Origin: an uncultured delta proteobacterium
GTDB lineage: Bacteria > Myxococcota_A > Polyangia > Polyangiales > Polyangiaceae
Assembly (NCBI GenBank): GCA_963782055.1
Contig: CAWAIF010000002.1
Span: forward strand, 128,001-192,000
Reading direction: 5' to 3'
DNA length: 64,000 bases
Shown here: positions 1 through 10,034 of the stretch, in pieces
Layout of the letters: each line of letters begins with the position of its first letter
Numbering within the stretch: the first letter of the stretch is position 1
The notes under the pieces: generated by a model
What the model saw: only the letters and a program-made list of their open reading frames with translations
What the model was told of the DNA's origin: nothing
Database searches by the model: none
Translations under genes and position numbers: made by a program

Positions 1-1725
1 GTACTGCTGGCCGGCGCTGTAGCCGCTCCACTGCATGAAGCGGCGGTTGTCTGGGTCGCCGGCGCCGGGCATGCCCCACTCGTCGCCGTAGTAGATGAGC
101 GGCGCGCCGTGGTTGGTGAGCATCACCGCGAAGGCGTTGGCGAGCTTCTCGTACGCCTTCTGCTGCGTCACGATGCCCGGCTGGTTCTGCCACGCCAGGT
201 TCTTGCCGTCGGAGCCCTGGTCGGTCCAGAGCGGGGGCTCCTGCGCGAGGTGGATGACGCGCGGCAGGTCGTGGTTGCCGAGGAAGGGGCTCATCACCGC
301 CGTCGAGCCGTAGAAGTAGTCGTTGGAGTCGTAGAAGCTCGCGAGCTGGTCCATGCCCTGGTACTTGAGCAGCATCGTCTCGACGAGCATGCGCCGCGCG
401 GGGAAGTCGAACTGGCCGTCCAGCTTGGTCTTCGGGTCGACGAAGGACTTGATGTAGTCGCGGTTGAAGAAGTCGTACGTCTCCCCGACCATGTAGAAGC
501 GCTGCGGCGGGCTCTCCTTCGCCACGACCTCGGTCTGGATGTCGCTGCGGAGCTGCAGCAGCCAGCTCTGGTCGACGTGCTTGATGGCGTCCAGCCGGAA
601 GCCGTCGGCGCCGGTGTCGGTGATCCACTTGACCGCGTTGTTGACCGAGTAGTCGCGCGCGGCGGGCACGGTGTAGTTCCAGTGCGGGAGGTAGCTGGTG
701 AACCAGCAGCGGTCCGCCTGCGCGTCCCAGCTGCAGTTCTGCCCGCAGATGCAGTCGCCGCCGTTGTAGGAGTTGGGCCAGAACCAGCCGGGGTTCTGCT
801 GGTAGATGGGGCTGTCGATCTCGACGTGGACCATCGCGTAGTCGAAGAGCACCTTCAGGTTCTTCGCGTGGGCGGCGGTGACCAGGTTCTTCAGGTCCTG
901 CAGCGTGCCGAACCGCGGCTCCGGCTGCGAGGGGTCGTAGGGCCAGTAGCCGTGGTAGGCGGAGTACAGGTGCGAGTCGCCGCCGGTGCCCTGCCCGGCG
1001 AAGGTGTCGGCGTTCTTCACCGGCACGGTGATCCAGAGGGTGTTGACGCCCAGGTCGGTGAAGTACCCGGCGTTGATCTTCTGGGTGACGCCCTTCCAGT
1101 CGCCGCCCTGGTACTGCGCGGGCGGCAGCACGCCGCCGAGGGGGGAGCCGTTGTTGCTGGGGTCGCCGTCGAAGAAGCGGTCGACGAAGACGAAGTAGAT
1201 GACCGCGTCGCGCCAGTCGTAGACGCCCGCCGGCGGGGAGGGCGGCTCCTCGCAGATGGCCGGGTTGCAGGTGACCGGCTGCAGCAGGTTGTTGGTGTTG
1301 TTGTTCTGGTCGGTGGTGGTGGGGTCGCCCGGGTTGACCAGCCACTGCGTGCCGTTGACGAGGAACTTGTACTGGACCGCCGTGTTCAGCGGCACGTTCA
1401 CCGTGACGGTCCAGGAGCTTCCCTGGTGCGTCATCGGGTCGCCGTTCTGCCAGGAGTCGGCGCCGCGGTAGTCGCCCCGCAGCTCCACGCTCGACTCGTT
1501 GTTGAACGGGAAGGTGAACGCGTGCGCGCAGCGCTTCAGCTCGTCGGGGCAGACGAAGCCCAGCGAGGTGCCCGCGTCGTAGCTGCCGCCGTTGTTGCTG
1601 CCGGGGTCGAAGAGGGCGGCGTCCGGCGGGTCGCCGTAGTCCGGGTTGTGAACCGCGTCGCTGCCGCACGCGGCGGTGAAGGCGAGCCCGCCCAGGATCA
1701 GCGGGAGTGCTACGGCGAGGCGCAT
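1..1725 (-). CDS. GH13 alpha-amylase/neopullulanase-family lipoprotein (3' end runs off the window)
   Basis: Not in ORF track (no stop in window). ATG at 1725 gives MRLAVALPLILGGLAFTAAC (lipobox). Motifs AYHGYWP, GFRLDAIKH, APLIYYGDEWGMPGAGDPDNRR. Start overlaps the end of the upstream GH13 gene. Confidence 0.9.
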   Translation of the reverse strand, partial: MRLAVALPLILGGLAFTAACGSDAVHNPDYGDPPDAALFDPGSNNGGSYDAGTSLGFVCPDELKRCAHAFTFPFNNESSVELRGDYRGADSWQNGDPMTHQGSSWTVTVNVPLNTAVQYKFLVNGTQWLVNPGDPTTTDQNNNTNNLLQPVTCNPAICEEPPSPPAGVYDWRDAVIYFVFVDRFFDGDPSNNGSPLGGVLPPAQYQGGDWKGVTQKINAGYFTDLGVNTLWITVPVKNADTFAGQGTGGDSHLYSAYHGYWPYDPSQPEPRFGTLQDLKNLVTAAHAKNLKVLFDYAMVHVEIDSPIYQQNPGWFWPNSYNGGDCICGQNCSWDAQADRCWFTSYLPHWNYTVPAARDYSVNNAVKWITDTGADGFRLDAIKHVDQSWLLQLRSDIQTEVVAKESPPQRFYMVGETYDFFNRDYIKSFVDPKTKLDGQFDFPARRMLVETMLLKYQGMDQLASFYDSNDYFYGSTAVMSPFLGNHDLPRVIHLAQEPPLWTDQGSDGKNLAWQNQPGIVTQQKAYEKLANAFAVMLTNHGAPLIYYGDEWGMPGAGDPDNRRFMQWSGYSAGQQY

Positions 1726-3851
1726 GGATCACCCTTCGGCAGAAAGACGCGGACCGAGAATGGACGAGCGTCCAGATTTGTCAACTCAGGGTTGAGTGAC
1801 GCTTCCTCCCCGGACAGCGCGTCCACGTACTCACCCGCGGGCACGCCGGGCAGCGCCTCGATCATCGGCGCGAGGCCCGCGCGCATGGCCACGACGATCG
1901 CCGGGGCCGCGCCGTCCGCCTCTCGGGCGAAGGCGAGGGTCTCTCCGCCGACGACGAGGGGGCGGTACGTGCCGCGGCGAAGCGACACGGAGCACGCGCG
2001 CACCTTGCCCAGCGCCGCCACGAAGTCGCGCGTCGCCTTCTGGTCGGCGGTGAGCGTGTCGTCCGCGGGGAGCACCCGTCGCGAGTCGGGATCGTGCCGG
2101 CCGGCGAGGCCCACCTCGTCGCCGTAGTAGACGACCGGGACGCCCGGGAGGGTGAAGACCATCCCGAGCGCCATGCGCTGCCGCGCGTAGACGCCCGGGT
2201 CGGTGGGCTGCGGGGCGGGGGTGAAGCCGCTCCCGTCCGCGCTGCCGTCGCTCTCCGAGGCGAAGCGCGTCACGTCGTGGTTGCCGATCATCAGGGCCAT
2301 GATCGCGCCGGCGCCCTTCCACGTCTGCTCGCCGGTCTGCACGGCCAGATCGATGTCGGAGAGGGGCTCGGTCTCGTCGGCGATGGCGCCGCGCAGCGTC
2401 CACATGAGCGGGAAGTGAAACTCGCCGTCCAGGCCGGAGGGCCCGAGCTGGTAGCGCAGCTCGTCGTAGCCGCCGGGGCCGGTGAAGTTCTCGCCGAGGA
2501 CGTAGGTGCGGTTGCCGGGGTGGTCGAAGCGGCGCCGCAGCTCCGCGACGATGCGCCGGGTGGCGGCGCGCGGCATCATGGGCACGGCGTCGATGCGGAT
2601 GCCGTCGCCGTCGAACCGGTCGATCCACCACGCGACGTCCGCGGTCACCGTCTGCGCCACGTCGTCGCGCGTCCAGTCGAAGCTGGGCAGGTAGGGCGCG
2701 AACCAGCAGTCGGTGAGGTGCGTGCCCCAGTCGCAGGTGGCGGTGCCGCAGACGCAGTCCTTGCCCCAGTCGGTGAACCAGGCGCCGTCGGCGTGCGCCG
2801 CGACGTACGGGTGCTCCTGGTGGACGTGGTGCGGCACCACGTCGAAGAGGATGCGGATGCCGCGGGCGTGCGCGGCGGACACCAGCGCGTCCAGGTCCGC
2901 CTCGGTGCCGAAGCGCGGGTCGAGCGCGCGCGAGGCGGTGGGCCAGTAGCCGTGGTAGGCGGAGTACATGTGGCCGTCGGTGCCCGGAAACTCGCCCTGC
3001 GGGTTCTGGTAGAGCGGCGAGAGCCACAGGGTGTTGAAGCCCATCGCGGCGAACTTGCCGCTCTGGACATCCGCGAGCACGCCGGAGAGGGTGCCTCCCG
3101 CCCAGCCCGCGGGATCCGCCGGGGGCGGGAGGGCCTCGCCGCCCGGCCCGCGGTAGCGGTCCACCATCACCTGGTAGATGGACGCGTCGCGCCAGTCGAA
3201 GGGCGAAGCCTCCTCCCACACGGTGACGCGGCCGGGCTCCGCGTCCTTCCCCGAGGCATCGCGTGCCGCAACGAAAAGCGTGTGCTTGCCGGGCGCGAGA
3301 CCGTGCGCGGTGACGCTCACCGTGCCCTTCGCCGGGTCCGTCGCCACGTCCACCGTCGCGCTCGAGCCCCCGAGCTCCGTCACCCGCACGCTCGCCGGGT
3401 CGAGGGGGGACGCCGACGCGGCGGCGAGGAAGGTGAGCGAGGCCTCCGCGGTGCCGTCGGCGTGACCGGCCGCGGCATCGACGCGCAGCGCGGGCGCGGA
3501 GCAGTCGTCCACATGCACCAGCGAGACCTCGATGCCGTCGTGGAATGCGGTGGTGCCCACGTTGGGGTCCGCCATCCACTGCCCGTCCTCCACGATCCCG
3601 TACTCCTGGTCTCCGGGGGGCGGGTCGTAGCGGGTGACGCGCCAGCCGTCGCCGCGGTCGGCGGGGAGGATGCGACCGGGTTGCTTCCAGCCATCCCAGC
3701 TCGTCACCACCTCCACCTGCGCGGCGTTGCTCGCGGCGCGGTGCCACACCGTCACCTCGCACGAGCGCAGCGGGATCGACGGCGCCGGCGCGTCCTGGGT
3801 GCACGCCACGAAGGGGAGCACACCGACCAAGAGCAAGCCAAGCCACCGCAC
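1710..3851 (-). CDS. GH13 alpha-amylase-family lipoprotein with N-terminal CBM48-like/Ig-like domains
   Basis: Within ORF 1710..4340. Likely GTG start VRWLGLLLVGVLPFVAC. Motifs IYQVMVDRY, AYHGYWP, DGIRIDAV, GNHDVTRF, VYYGDEVG. Confidence 0.9.
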   Translation of the reverse strand: MRWLGLLLVGVLPFVACTQDAPAPSIPLRSCEVTVWHRAASNAAQVEVVTSWDGWKQPGRILPADRGDGWRVTRYDPPPGDQEYGIVEDGQWMADPNVGTTAFHDGIEVSLVHVDDCSAPALRVDAAAGHADGTAEASLTFLAAASASPLDPASVRVTELGGSSATVDVATDPAKGTVSVTAHGLAPGKHTLFVAARDASGKDAEPGRVTVWEEASPFDWRDASIYQVMVDRYRGPGGEALPPPADPAGWAGGTLSGVLADVQSGKFAAMGFNTLWLSPLYQNPQGEFPGTDGHMYSAYHGYWPTASRALDPRFGTEADLDALVSAAHARGIRILFDVVPHHVHQEHPYVAAHADGAWFTDWGKDCVCGTATCDWGTHLTDCWFAPYLPSFDWTRDDVAQTVTADVAWWIDRFDGDGIRIDAVPMMPRAATRRIVAELRRRFDHPGNRTYVLGENFTGPGGYDELRYQLGPSGLDGEFHFPLMWTLRGAIADETEPLSDIDLAVQTGEQTWKGAGAIMALMIGNHDVTRFASESDGSADGSGFTPAPQPTDPGVYARQRMALGMVFTLPGVPVVYYGDEVGLAGRHDPDSRRVLPADDTLTADQKATRDFVAALGKVRACSVSLRRGTYRPLVVGGETLAFAREADGAAPAIVVAMRAGLAPMIEALPGVPAGEYVDALSGEEASLNPELTNLDARPFSVRVFLPKGDPCASP

Positions 3852-3961
3852 GCTGGATCCCTTAGCGCGACCTTCCTTCGGCGCAAACGCTTCCGGCCCA
3901 CGGGGCCCGATGACGCCCCTGGCGAAGTCGCCGGACGCATCGCGCCGGGGCGGCGCCCAGC

Positions 3962-4486
3962 TCAGTGCCTCGTGTCCGGCGGCGCCGTCATCGCGCCTGC
4001 GTCCGCGGGACCCAGGGCCGCCGCGCCTCCGCCCTTCGCGAAGCACATCGCCGCGAGCACGTCCGCTTCCCGCTGCTGGCCGCGTGCGCGGAGCACCTGC
4101 GCGGCACGACACTCCGCCGGATCCGGCTCGCCGTCGCGCTTCGCGGTGAAGGGATCGTAGGGGGTGGTCTGCAGGTCGTGGCGCGCCGTGTTGTCCACGC
4201 TGGCCGTGGCAACCGGAGGCGTCGGTTCGGGCACCGCCCTGTCCGGGTTCTCGCCGACCTTCACAGCCGCGCAGCGCCGGTCGAACCAGTCCAGGTGCTC
4301 GGTCCGGCCAGTCTCGCGCAGCGCGCAGGCCGCCGCGCAATCGGGGATGTCCTCGTGACAGCCCGGCGTCCTCGCGCTCATGGTCCGGATGGGCGCCGCG
4401 GCGGTCGTCGGCTCCGGCTCGTCGCCCGAGCCAGGCGGCTGGCAGGCGGCGATGAGCAGAACGAGGAGTATCGAGGAGCGGGACAT
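3962..4486 (-). CDS. Hypothetical Cys-containing lipoprotein
   Basis: C-terminal part of ORF 3962..5455. MSRSSILLVLLIAAC lipobox, then CHEDIPDCAAAC. Confidence 0.6.
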   Translation of the reverse strand: MSRSSILLVLLIAACQPPGSGDEPEPTTAAAPIRTMSARTPGCHEDIPDCAAACALRETGRTEHLDWFDRRCAAVKVGENPDRAVPEPTPPVATASVDNTARHDLQTTPYDPFTAKRDGEPDPAECRAAQVLRARGQQREADVLAAMCFAKGGGAAALGPADAGAMTAPPDTRH

Positions 4487-4524
4487 GGGCGGGCGAGTAT
4501 ACCCGCGCTGGCCTCGCCTCGCGA

Positions 4525-5385
4525 TCAAGCTGCTTCGAAGCGGGCGACGGCAGACGAGGCGCCCCACCGGCCGCGATCGTCCAGCTCCGGCCGCGCGGCG
4601 GCGACGCCGGGGTCGTGGGTGAAGAAGAGCCACCCGCGCTCGTCCTTCACGCGCTGGAGCACCGCGCGCTTCTCCTCCACGAGCTGCTCCGGGAAGCGGT
4701 CGTAGCCCATCGTGATCGGCAGGTGCACCCACGGCACGCCCGGGATGAGGTCGGACGCGAAGGTCACCGGGCCCGACGGGCCGCGCACGGTGGTGAGCAT
4801 CAGCCCCGGCGTGTGACCCTCGGAGAAGGCGAAGGAGAAGAGGGACGCCGGGAGCGACGCAGCGCTCTCTCCGTCGACGAGCTCCAGGCGGCCGCTCCCC
4901 TCGAGCAGGGCGTTGAGGTGCGGGATGAAGGATGCCCTGTCGCGCAGGTGAGGGTGGCGCGCCCGCTCCCACGCGCGGGCGCCCACGACGAAGGTCGCCC
5001 GCGGGAAGAGCAGCCGAGGCTCCTTCCCCTCCTCCCAGGCGGAGAGCAGGCCGCCGGCATGATCGAAGTGCAGGTGCGAGAGCACCACCACGTCCACGTC
5101 CTCGTGGCGCACGCCCTGCTCGCCCAGCGAGCGAAGCAGCACGTGCTCGGCGGGCTCCACGCCGAAGCGCGCCCGCAGCTTTGGCTCGAAGAAGGCGCCG
5201 ATGCCCGCCTCGAGCAGCACCCGCCGGCCGTCGTCCAGCGTCGCGAGCAGGCACCGGCACGCGAGCCGGATCCGCCCCGCGGTGTCGGGCGGCGACCATT
5301 TCTCCCATACCGGCCGCGGGCAGTTGCCGTACATGGCCCCGCCGTCCAGGTACTGCACGTTGCCCTCGATGGAGACGAGGCGCAT
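4525..5385 (-). CDS. MBL-fold metallo-hydrolase (YtnP-like)
   Basis: [20 protein letters not shown] start; [10 protein letters not shown] (HxHxDH), GHTPG, FTHDP. Confidence 0.9.
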   Translation of the reverse strand: MRLVSIEGNVQYLDGGAMYGNCPRPVWEKWSPPDTAGRIRLACRCLLATLDDGRRVLLEAGIGAFFEPKLRARFGVEPAEHVLLRSLGEQGVRHEDVDVVVLSHLHFDHAGGLLSAWEEGKEPRLLFPRATFVVGARAWERARHPHLRDRASFIPHLNALLEGSGRLELVDGESAASLPASLFSFAFSEGHTPGLMLTTVRGPSGPVTFASDLIPGVPWVHLPITMGYDRFPEQLVEEKRAVLQRVKDERGWLFFTHDPGVAAARPELDDRGRWGASSAVARFEAA

Positions 5386-5411
5386 CGGGCTCAGTGTACT
5401 CCCTCCGGGCC

Positions 5412-5963
5412 TCAGTCCTTCGGTCCCTCGCTCCTGCGCGGCGGCAGCAGCCCAAACGACGCCTTGCGGCGCAGATCCTCCAGCCGCTTGCCCAGCTCCG
5501 CCGTCTCGATCATGGCGAAGCGCTCGTGCAGGACGAAGGGCTCGCCCTCCCGGAGGCGGAACAGCAGCGTGGTCGGCGCCTGGAACTCCACTCGCTCCAG
5601 ATCGTCCCACGTCATGTGCAGCGCCTTGCCGTTGCGCTCGAACACCACACCATCCCCGCGCGCCGCCAGGAACGCCTCGTCGCGGAGCGACCGTGCGAGC
5701 CGCAAGATGGCGGACGCGGGCCCCACGGTGATGCACACCGCCCCGACGACGAGCAGGCCGTAGTGCACCAGCGGCTGTGTCTTGAAGAAGAGGAAGGAGA
5801 TGGCGGCCAGCGTCGGACCGAGGAACAGCACCCCCGCCCCCACGAAGAGCGCGACCAGGATGTTGCCCGCGGCCTCCACGCGGTGCCACTCGAAGACCCG
5901 CGGCGCCGCCGGGACCGGGGCCGGCTCCGTCGCGGTCGCGTCTTCGCCGGCCTCGGTGCTCAC
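5412..5963 (-). CDS. Hypothetical membrane protein (2 TM helices plus PH-like C-terminus)
   Basis: GTG start overlapping the upstream stop (GTGA); two hydrophobic segments. Confidence 0.6.
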   Translation of the reverse strand: MSTEAGEDATATEPAPVPAAPRVFEWHRVEAAGNILVALFVGAGVLFLGPTLAAISFLFFKTQPLVHYGLLVVGAVCITVGPASAILRLARSLRDEAFLAARGDGVVFERNGKALHMTWDDLERVEFQAPTTLLFRLREGEPFVLHERFAMIETAELGKRLEDLRRKASFGLLPPRRSEGPKD

Positions 5964-6613
5964 CCGCCGCTCCGGTACAGGGCATAGATGACGCCCCAGC
6001 ACATGGCGAGAAGGACCAGGAACGCCGTCCACGAGACGATGTTCATGTGGCGGAGGCCGCGCCGGCTGGAGACGACGCCCCAGCCCATGGCGAAGGTCGA
6101 GAGCCCGTTTCCCAGGTGGTACGCGACCCCGAGCGTCCCGAGCAGGTACACGACGAGCGTGGGCGTGTGCGTGCGCATCTCGTGGGCGATGTCGGCGAAG
6201 GCCTCGGCGTGACCCTCCATGAAGCGCGGCTTGAGCATGGCGAGCCACAAGTGTGCCCCGAGAAAGAGCAGGACGCCCACCGCGGACAGCCGCTGCAGCA
6301 GATACTTGAGGTTGGCGACGTACCCGTAGCGCACGTTGTTGGGGCGGCTCGTCAGCAGGCGCCCCAGGCCCCACACCGAGTGCAGCACCAGCGGCAGGAG
6401 CACCACCACCGCCGTCACGAGCTGCGCGATCGGGTGGGAGTAGGTGGTGACCGACGCCTGCCAGGCCTCCGGCCCGCTGAAGGCGGAGAGGTTGTTCCAC
6501 ACGTGAATGAACGTCCACACCGCGAGCGGGACGAGCGCGAGGAACGACCCCAGCCGGGCTCGCAGAAAACCGCCGAGCCCCTGCGCGTTCTGGGAGGTGA
6601 CGGCGGTGGCCAT
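5960..6613 (-). CDS. sdhC: Succinate dehydrogenase/fumarate reductase cytochrome b subunit (b558 type)
   Basis: Five TM segments with spaced His (FIHVWNN, VLHSVWG, GAHLWL, AYHLGNG) and LQRLSAV, the Bacillus-type SdhC pattern. Confidence 0.75.
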   Translation of the reverse strand: MATAVTSQNAQGLGGFLRARLGSFLALVPLAVWTFIHVWNNLSAFSGPEAWQASVTTYSHPIAQLVTAVVVLLPLVLHSVWGLGRLLTSRPNNVRYGYVANLKYLLQRLSAVGVLLFLGAHLWLAMLKPRFMEGHAEAFADIAHEMRTHTPTLVVYLLGTLGVAYHLGNGLSTFAMGWGVVSSRRGLRHMNIVSWTAFLVLLAMCWGVIYALYRSGG

Positions 6614-6721
6614 GGGTGGCCGAACATTTAGGGCTTTGCGTGCCCCGACACAAGCGCAGCCCGATCGTTCGCATGCTCGCGACCCGATTGGGCGTAGCCG
6701 AACGCGGCACGCCGGCATACC

Positions 6722-8194
6722 GTGGCCCGCGTGAAGCGTCTGGTCGGCGTCGCGCTCTTCTTGACCGCCTGGGCGGCCAGCGCGCCCGCCCTGGCCACGC
6801 GCCCCGCCGCCGCGCAGGCGACCCCCGCCCCGGCGCCGAGCGCCGCCACCAGCTCAGCCGCGCCCGCGACCCACGCCGCGCCGCCCCTCCCCGAGCACGC
6901 CGCCGTGCGCGAGGGCGCCATCGCCCGCGCCGAGCTCGCCGCCGGCGGCACCCGCCGCAGCGTGAGCTGGTCCGATCTGGCGTCGCTCCACGTCGACCCG
7001 GGCGCCGCGACGCTGACCCTCTCTGTCCCCGGCGATCGCGACGCGGTGCAGGTCCCGCCCTGCGCCGGCCGTGGCGCGGTGACCCTCGACGGCCACGTCT
7101 ACGCTCCGCCCCCCGGCCCCTTCGTCATACGCTTGACCCATCAAGCGTCGCCCCACACCCTGACGCTCGCCCTGCGCGTGTCCAGGTACGAGCACCGCGT
7201 CGCCTGCGGCGAGCCGGTGCGCGCGGGCAAGATGGTGCAAAAGCGCGACGGCTTCGTCACCCTGCGCTTTTCCAGCCCCGCACGCCGCGGCGGAATCGCC
7301 GTGCTCTACGTGCCGCCAGGCCACGACGTCCGCCGCCCCGGCGTGCTGCTCGTCGGCCTCCACCCGTGGAACGGCGGCGTGTGGACGTACGCCGCCTACG
7401 CGCAGCTCCTCGGCGCCGCCCGCGAGCACGACGTCGTCCTCCTCTTCCCGAGCGGCCTGGGCAACTCCCTCTACGTCGCCGCGGCCGATCACGAGGTCCT
7501 GCGCGCCCTCGACGCCACCGAGCGCGCGGTGGCGATCGACCCGCGGCGGGTGTCGGTGTGGGGCGCGTCGATGGGCGGCGCCGGCGCCACCACCATCGCC
7601 TTCCATCACCCCGATCGCTTCGCCTTCGTCGCGAGCTTCTTCGGCGACTCTCGCTACGACCTCTCCACCTACGTCCGCGCCATCCTGCACGACCAGGCCG
7701 GCGCGCACGCCGTCAACGCGCTGGACGTCGTCGACAACGCGCGCCACCTGCACGTCATGCTCGTCCACGGCGAAGCGGACAAGGTCTCGCCCATCGCGCA
7801 GAGCAAGATGCTCGCCGACGGCCTGCGCGCGCACCACGACTCGGTGCGCACGTCCTGGGTGCCCGGCAGAGGGCACGAGGGCTCCCTGGCCGAGCGGGCC
7901 ACGCCGGCGGTCGTCCAGTTCGCGGCCTCCTACCGGGGTGGGGGCCGGCCCGCGCGCGTCACCTACCGGACCGTGCGCGCGGAGGACACCGGGGCGTACG
8001 GCGTGCGGCTCGTGCGCGCGCATCCGGGCGACGCCTTCGTCGACGTCGGCTTCGAGAGCGGCAAGGTGGTGGTCTTCGCCGCGGAGAACGTGCGGGAGAT
8101 CGTCCTCGCGCCCGGAGCCCTCCATGGCGCACCTCGCGGCGCCCCCGTCGAGATCCGCCCCCGCGGCGTCAAGCTCACGCTCCGCTGGCGGTGA
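6722..8194 (+). CDS. Secreted alpha/beta-hydrolase (esterase / prolyl-oligopeptidase-like)
   Basis: Signal peptide; GASMGG nucleophile elbow, VHGEAD, GRGH (catalytic triad order). Confidence 0.8.
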   Translation: MARVKRLVGVALFLTAWAASAPALATRPAAAQATPAPAPSAATSSAAPATHAAPPLPEHAAVREGAIARAELAAGGTRRSVSWSDLASLHVDPGAATLTLSVPGDRDAVQVPPCAGRGAVTLDGHVYAPPPGPFVIRLTHQASPHTLTLALRVSRYEHRVACGEPVRAGKMVQKRDGFVTLRFSSPARRGGIAVLYVPPGHDVRRPGVLLVGLHPWNGGVWTYAAYAQLLGAAREHDVVLLFPSGLGNSLYVAAADHEVLRALDATERAVAIDPRRVSVWGASMGGAGATTIAFHHPDRFAFVASFFGDSRYDLSTYVRAILHDQAGAHAVNALDVVDNARHLHVMLVHGEADKVSPIAQSKMLADGLRAHHDSVRTSWVPGRGHEGSLAERATPAVVQFAASYRGGGRPARVTYRTVRAEDTGAYGVRLVRAHPGDAFVDVGFESGKVVVFAAENVREIVLAPGALHGAPRGAPVEIRPRGVKLTLRWR

Positions 8195-8762
8195 CCTTCT
8201 TCGCCGCCTTGTTGGCGAAGGCGCGCGCCGCCTCGAGCAGCCAGCTCAGCGACTGCGGGTCCGGCCGCAGCGCCACCGGCGCCAGGATGAAGCCTCCCTG
8301 GCGCACCTCGAAGTGCACCGGCGTCCGCCAGCCGAGCGTGAGCTTGCGCAGGCTCGGCGTGACGACCTGGCGCGCCTGCGCCTCCGTCTCGGCGTAGGCG
8401 ACGAACGCCGCGTCGAACGCCGCGTCGCCCGTGTACTGCCGCGGCAGCGCGACGGCCTCGTCCCGGAAAGGCGACGAGGCATCGCTGGTGGCCGCCGCGC
8501 GCCCGCCAAGCCGCTCGTCCTGCGCGATGGCGATCCAGCCCTCGTCGCCGACCCCCCACCCCTCCCGCGGGGAGAGCACGAAGCGCGAGATGGTGAGCGC
8601 CGCCGTCGTCCCCGTCGCGTGGAGCGCGTGCTCGTAGCGGATGGGCGTGCGCAGCGTCGCGTACGGCTCCCACACTCGCATCCAGCGCTCGTCCGGCTCG
8701 GCCTCGTAGCGCATCCCGGCGCGCGCGGCGAAGTCGACCATCCAGCGGACGGCGCCGGCCAT
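8175..8762 (-). CDS. Hypothetical protein
   Basis: MAGAVRWMVDFAARAG...; ATG overlaps the ccmE stop; protein-like composition. Confidence 0.6.
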   Translation of the reverse strand: MAGAVRWMVDFAARAGMRYEAEPDERWMRVWEPYATLRTPIRYEHALHATGTTAALTISRFVLSPREGWGVGDEGWIAIAQDERLGGRAAATSDASSPFRDEAVALPRQYTGDAAFDAAFVAYAETEAQARQVVTPSLRKLTLGWRTPVHFEVRQGGFILAPVALRPDPQSLSWLLEAARAFANKAAKKVTASGA

Positions 8763-9340
8763 CAGTAGCCGGGTGTGGACTGATCCAGCGCGGCGTGCGG
8801 CATCTTCTCGCCGTGGGCCGCCTTCTGCTTCATCTCGTACTTGCTCGGGCACTTGGCGAGCACGCTCGTCGCCTCGAAGCTGCCGTCCGCCTTGAGCTGG
8901 CCCTCGACGGTGACGTTGACGTCCATCCCGGGTACGTCGCGGAAGGTGTCGGGCACCACGCACTGCGGGTAGCGCACCGGCACGTCGACGCCGTTGCTGG
9001 TGATGGTGAACCGGTACTCGCAGGGCTTCTCCCGCTTGACCAGCGTCCCGTGCACCAGCGTCCCCTCCGCGCGCACGGGGCGGTGCGCGTACTTGAGCTG
9101 GTTGTGGACGAGCTGGTCGATCGGCTTGGAGTAGATGCCGGTGTCCTTCATCATCACCATGACCAGCGCGACAATCGCGGCCGCGGCGGTGACCAGGGCG
9201 ACCACCACCGCCGGGGAGGTGCCCTTCGGCGCGGCGTCCATGCGGCGTCGGCGGCCGATGGGGACTTCGAATCCGTCTCCCTCGGGAGGGGGCTGCCCCT
9301 CCGGCGGGGGCGCGGCGGGCTGGCCCGTGTCTTCGCTCAT
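8762..9340 (-). CDS. ccmE: Cytochrome c maturation heme chaperone CcmE (CxxxY variant)
   Basis: N-terminal TM, VPDTFRD, VTVEG, VLAKCPSKYE. Confidence 0.88.
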   Translation of the reverse strand: MSEDTGQPAAPPPEGQPPPEGDGFEVPIGRRRRMDAAPKGTSPAVVVALVTAAAAIVALVMVMMKDTGIYSKPIDQLVHNQLKYAHRPVRAEGTLVHGTLVKREKPCEYRFTITSNGVDVPVRYPQCVVPDTFRDVPGMDVNVTVEGQLKADGSFEATSVLAKCPSKYEMKQKAAHGEKMPHAALDQSTPGY

Positions 9341-9429
9341 GCGTGAAATGGTAGTCCCCGCGGAGCCGGCGTCAACATCGGGCCCCCAAACTCGCCTCTC
9401 GCCCCGCATGCTATGCTTGCTGTCAGGGC

Positions 9430-10005
9430 ATGACCGACGTTCTGTCCAGACCAGTACTCGCGCTCAATCGGTACTTCGAGCCTGTCCAGGTGACCACGGC
9501 GAAACGCGCCTTCGTGCTGCTCTACGGCGGTGCGGCTCAGGCACTCGACGAGGTCGGCGAGGCCTACGACTTCGACCTCTGGCGCTCCCTGCCCGTGCGC
9601 GAGACGGACGACGCCCTGCCCATCGTCGGCGGCGTGCTCCGGGTGCCGCGCGTGCTCCACCTGCACCGCTACGACCGTACCCCCCGCGTCACCGTCCGCC
9701 TGACTCGCAAGAACCTGATGCTGCGCGACCAGCACCAGTGCCAGTACTGCGGCAAGCGCCCCCCGCTCCGCGACCTCAACATCGACCACGTGGTGCCCCG
9801 ATCCCGCGGCGGCGACGACTCGTGGGAGAACCTGGTGACCGCCTGCCGCGTGTGCAACCTGCGCAAGGGCTGGAAGACGCCGGAGGAGGCCAACATGCGC
9901 CTCGCCCGCCGCCCCTTCCGTCCCAAGTGGACCATGACCGCGCAGATCCTCATGGGCGCCAGCTCCCGCTTCGACGAGTGGGACCCCTTCCTCAAGGCGA
10001 GCTGA
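9430..10005 (+). CDS. HNH endonuclease (McrA/HNH_5-like)
   Basis: VLALN..., RDQHQCQYCG, IDHVVPRSRGG, WENLVTACRVCNLRKG. Confidence 0.92.
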   Translation: MTDVLSRPVLALNRYFEPVQVTTAKRAFVLLYGGAAQALDEVGEAYDFDLWRSLPVRETDDALPIVGGVLRVPRVLHLHRYDRTPRVTVRLTRKNLMLRDQHQCQYCGKRPPLRDLNIDHVVPRSRGGDDSWENLVTACRVCNLRKGWKTPEEANMRLARRPFRPKWTMTAQILMGASSRFDEWDPFLKAS

Positions 10006-10034
10006 GAGGAAGGGAGGCATCCTCGGCCGGAGGA

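Noticed and set aside
9430..10005. HNH gene as a mobile homing endonuclease or restriction system
   Set aside because: No intron or intein context, methyltransferase or flanking repeats; it looks like the common stand-alone McrA-like family.
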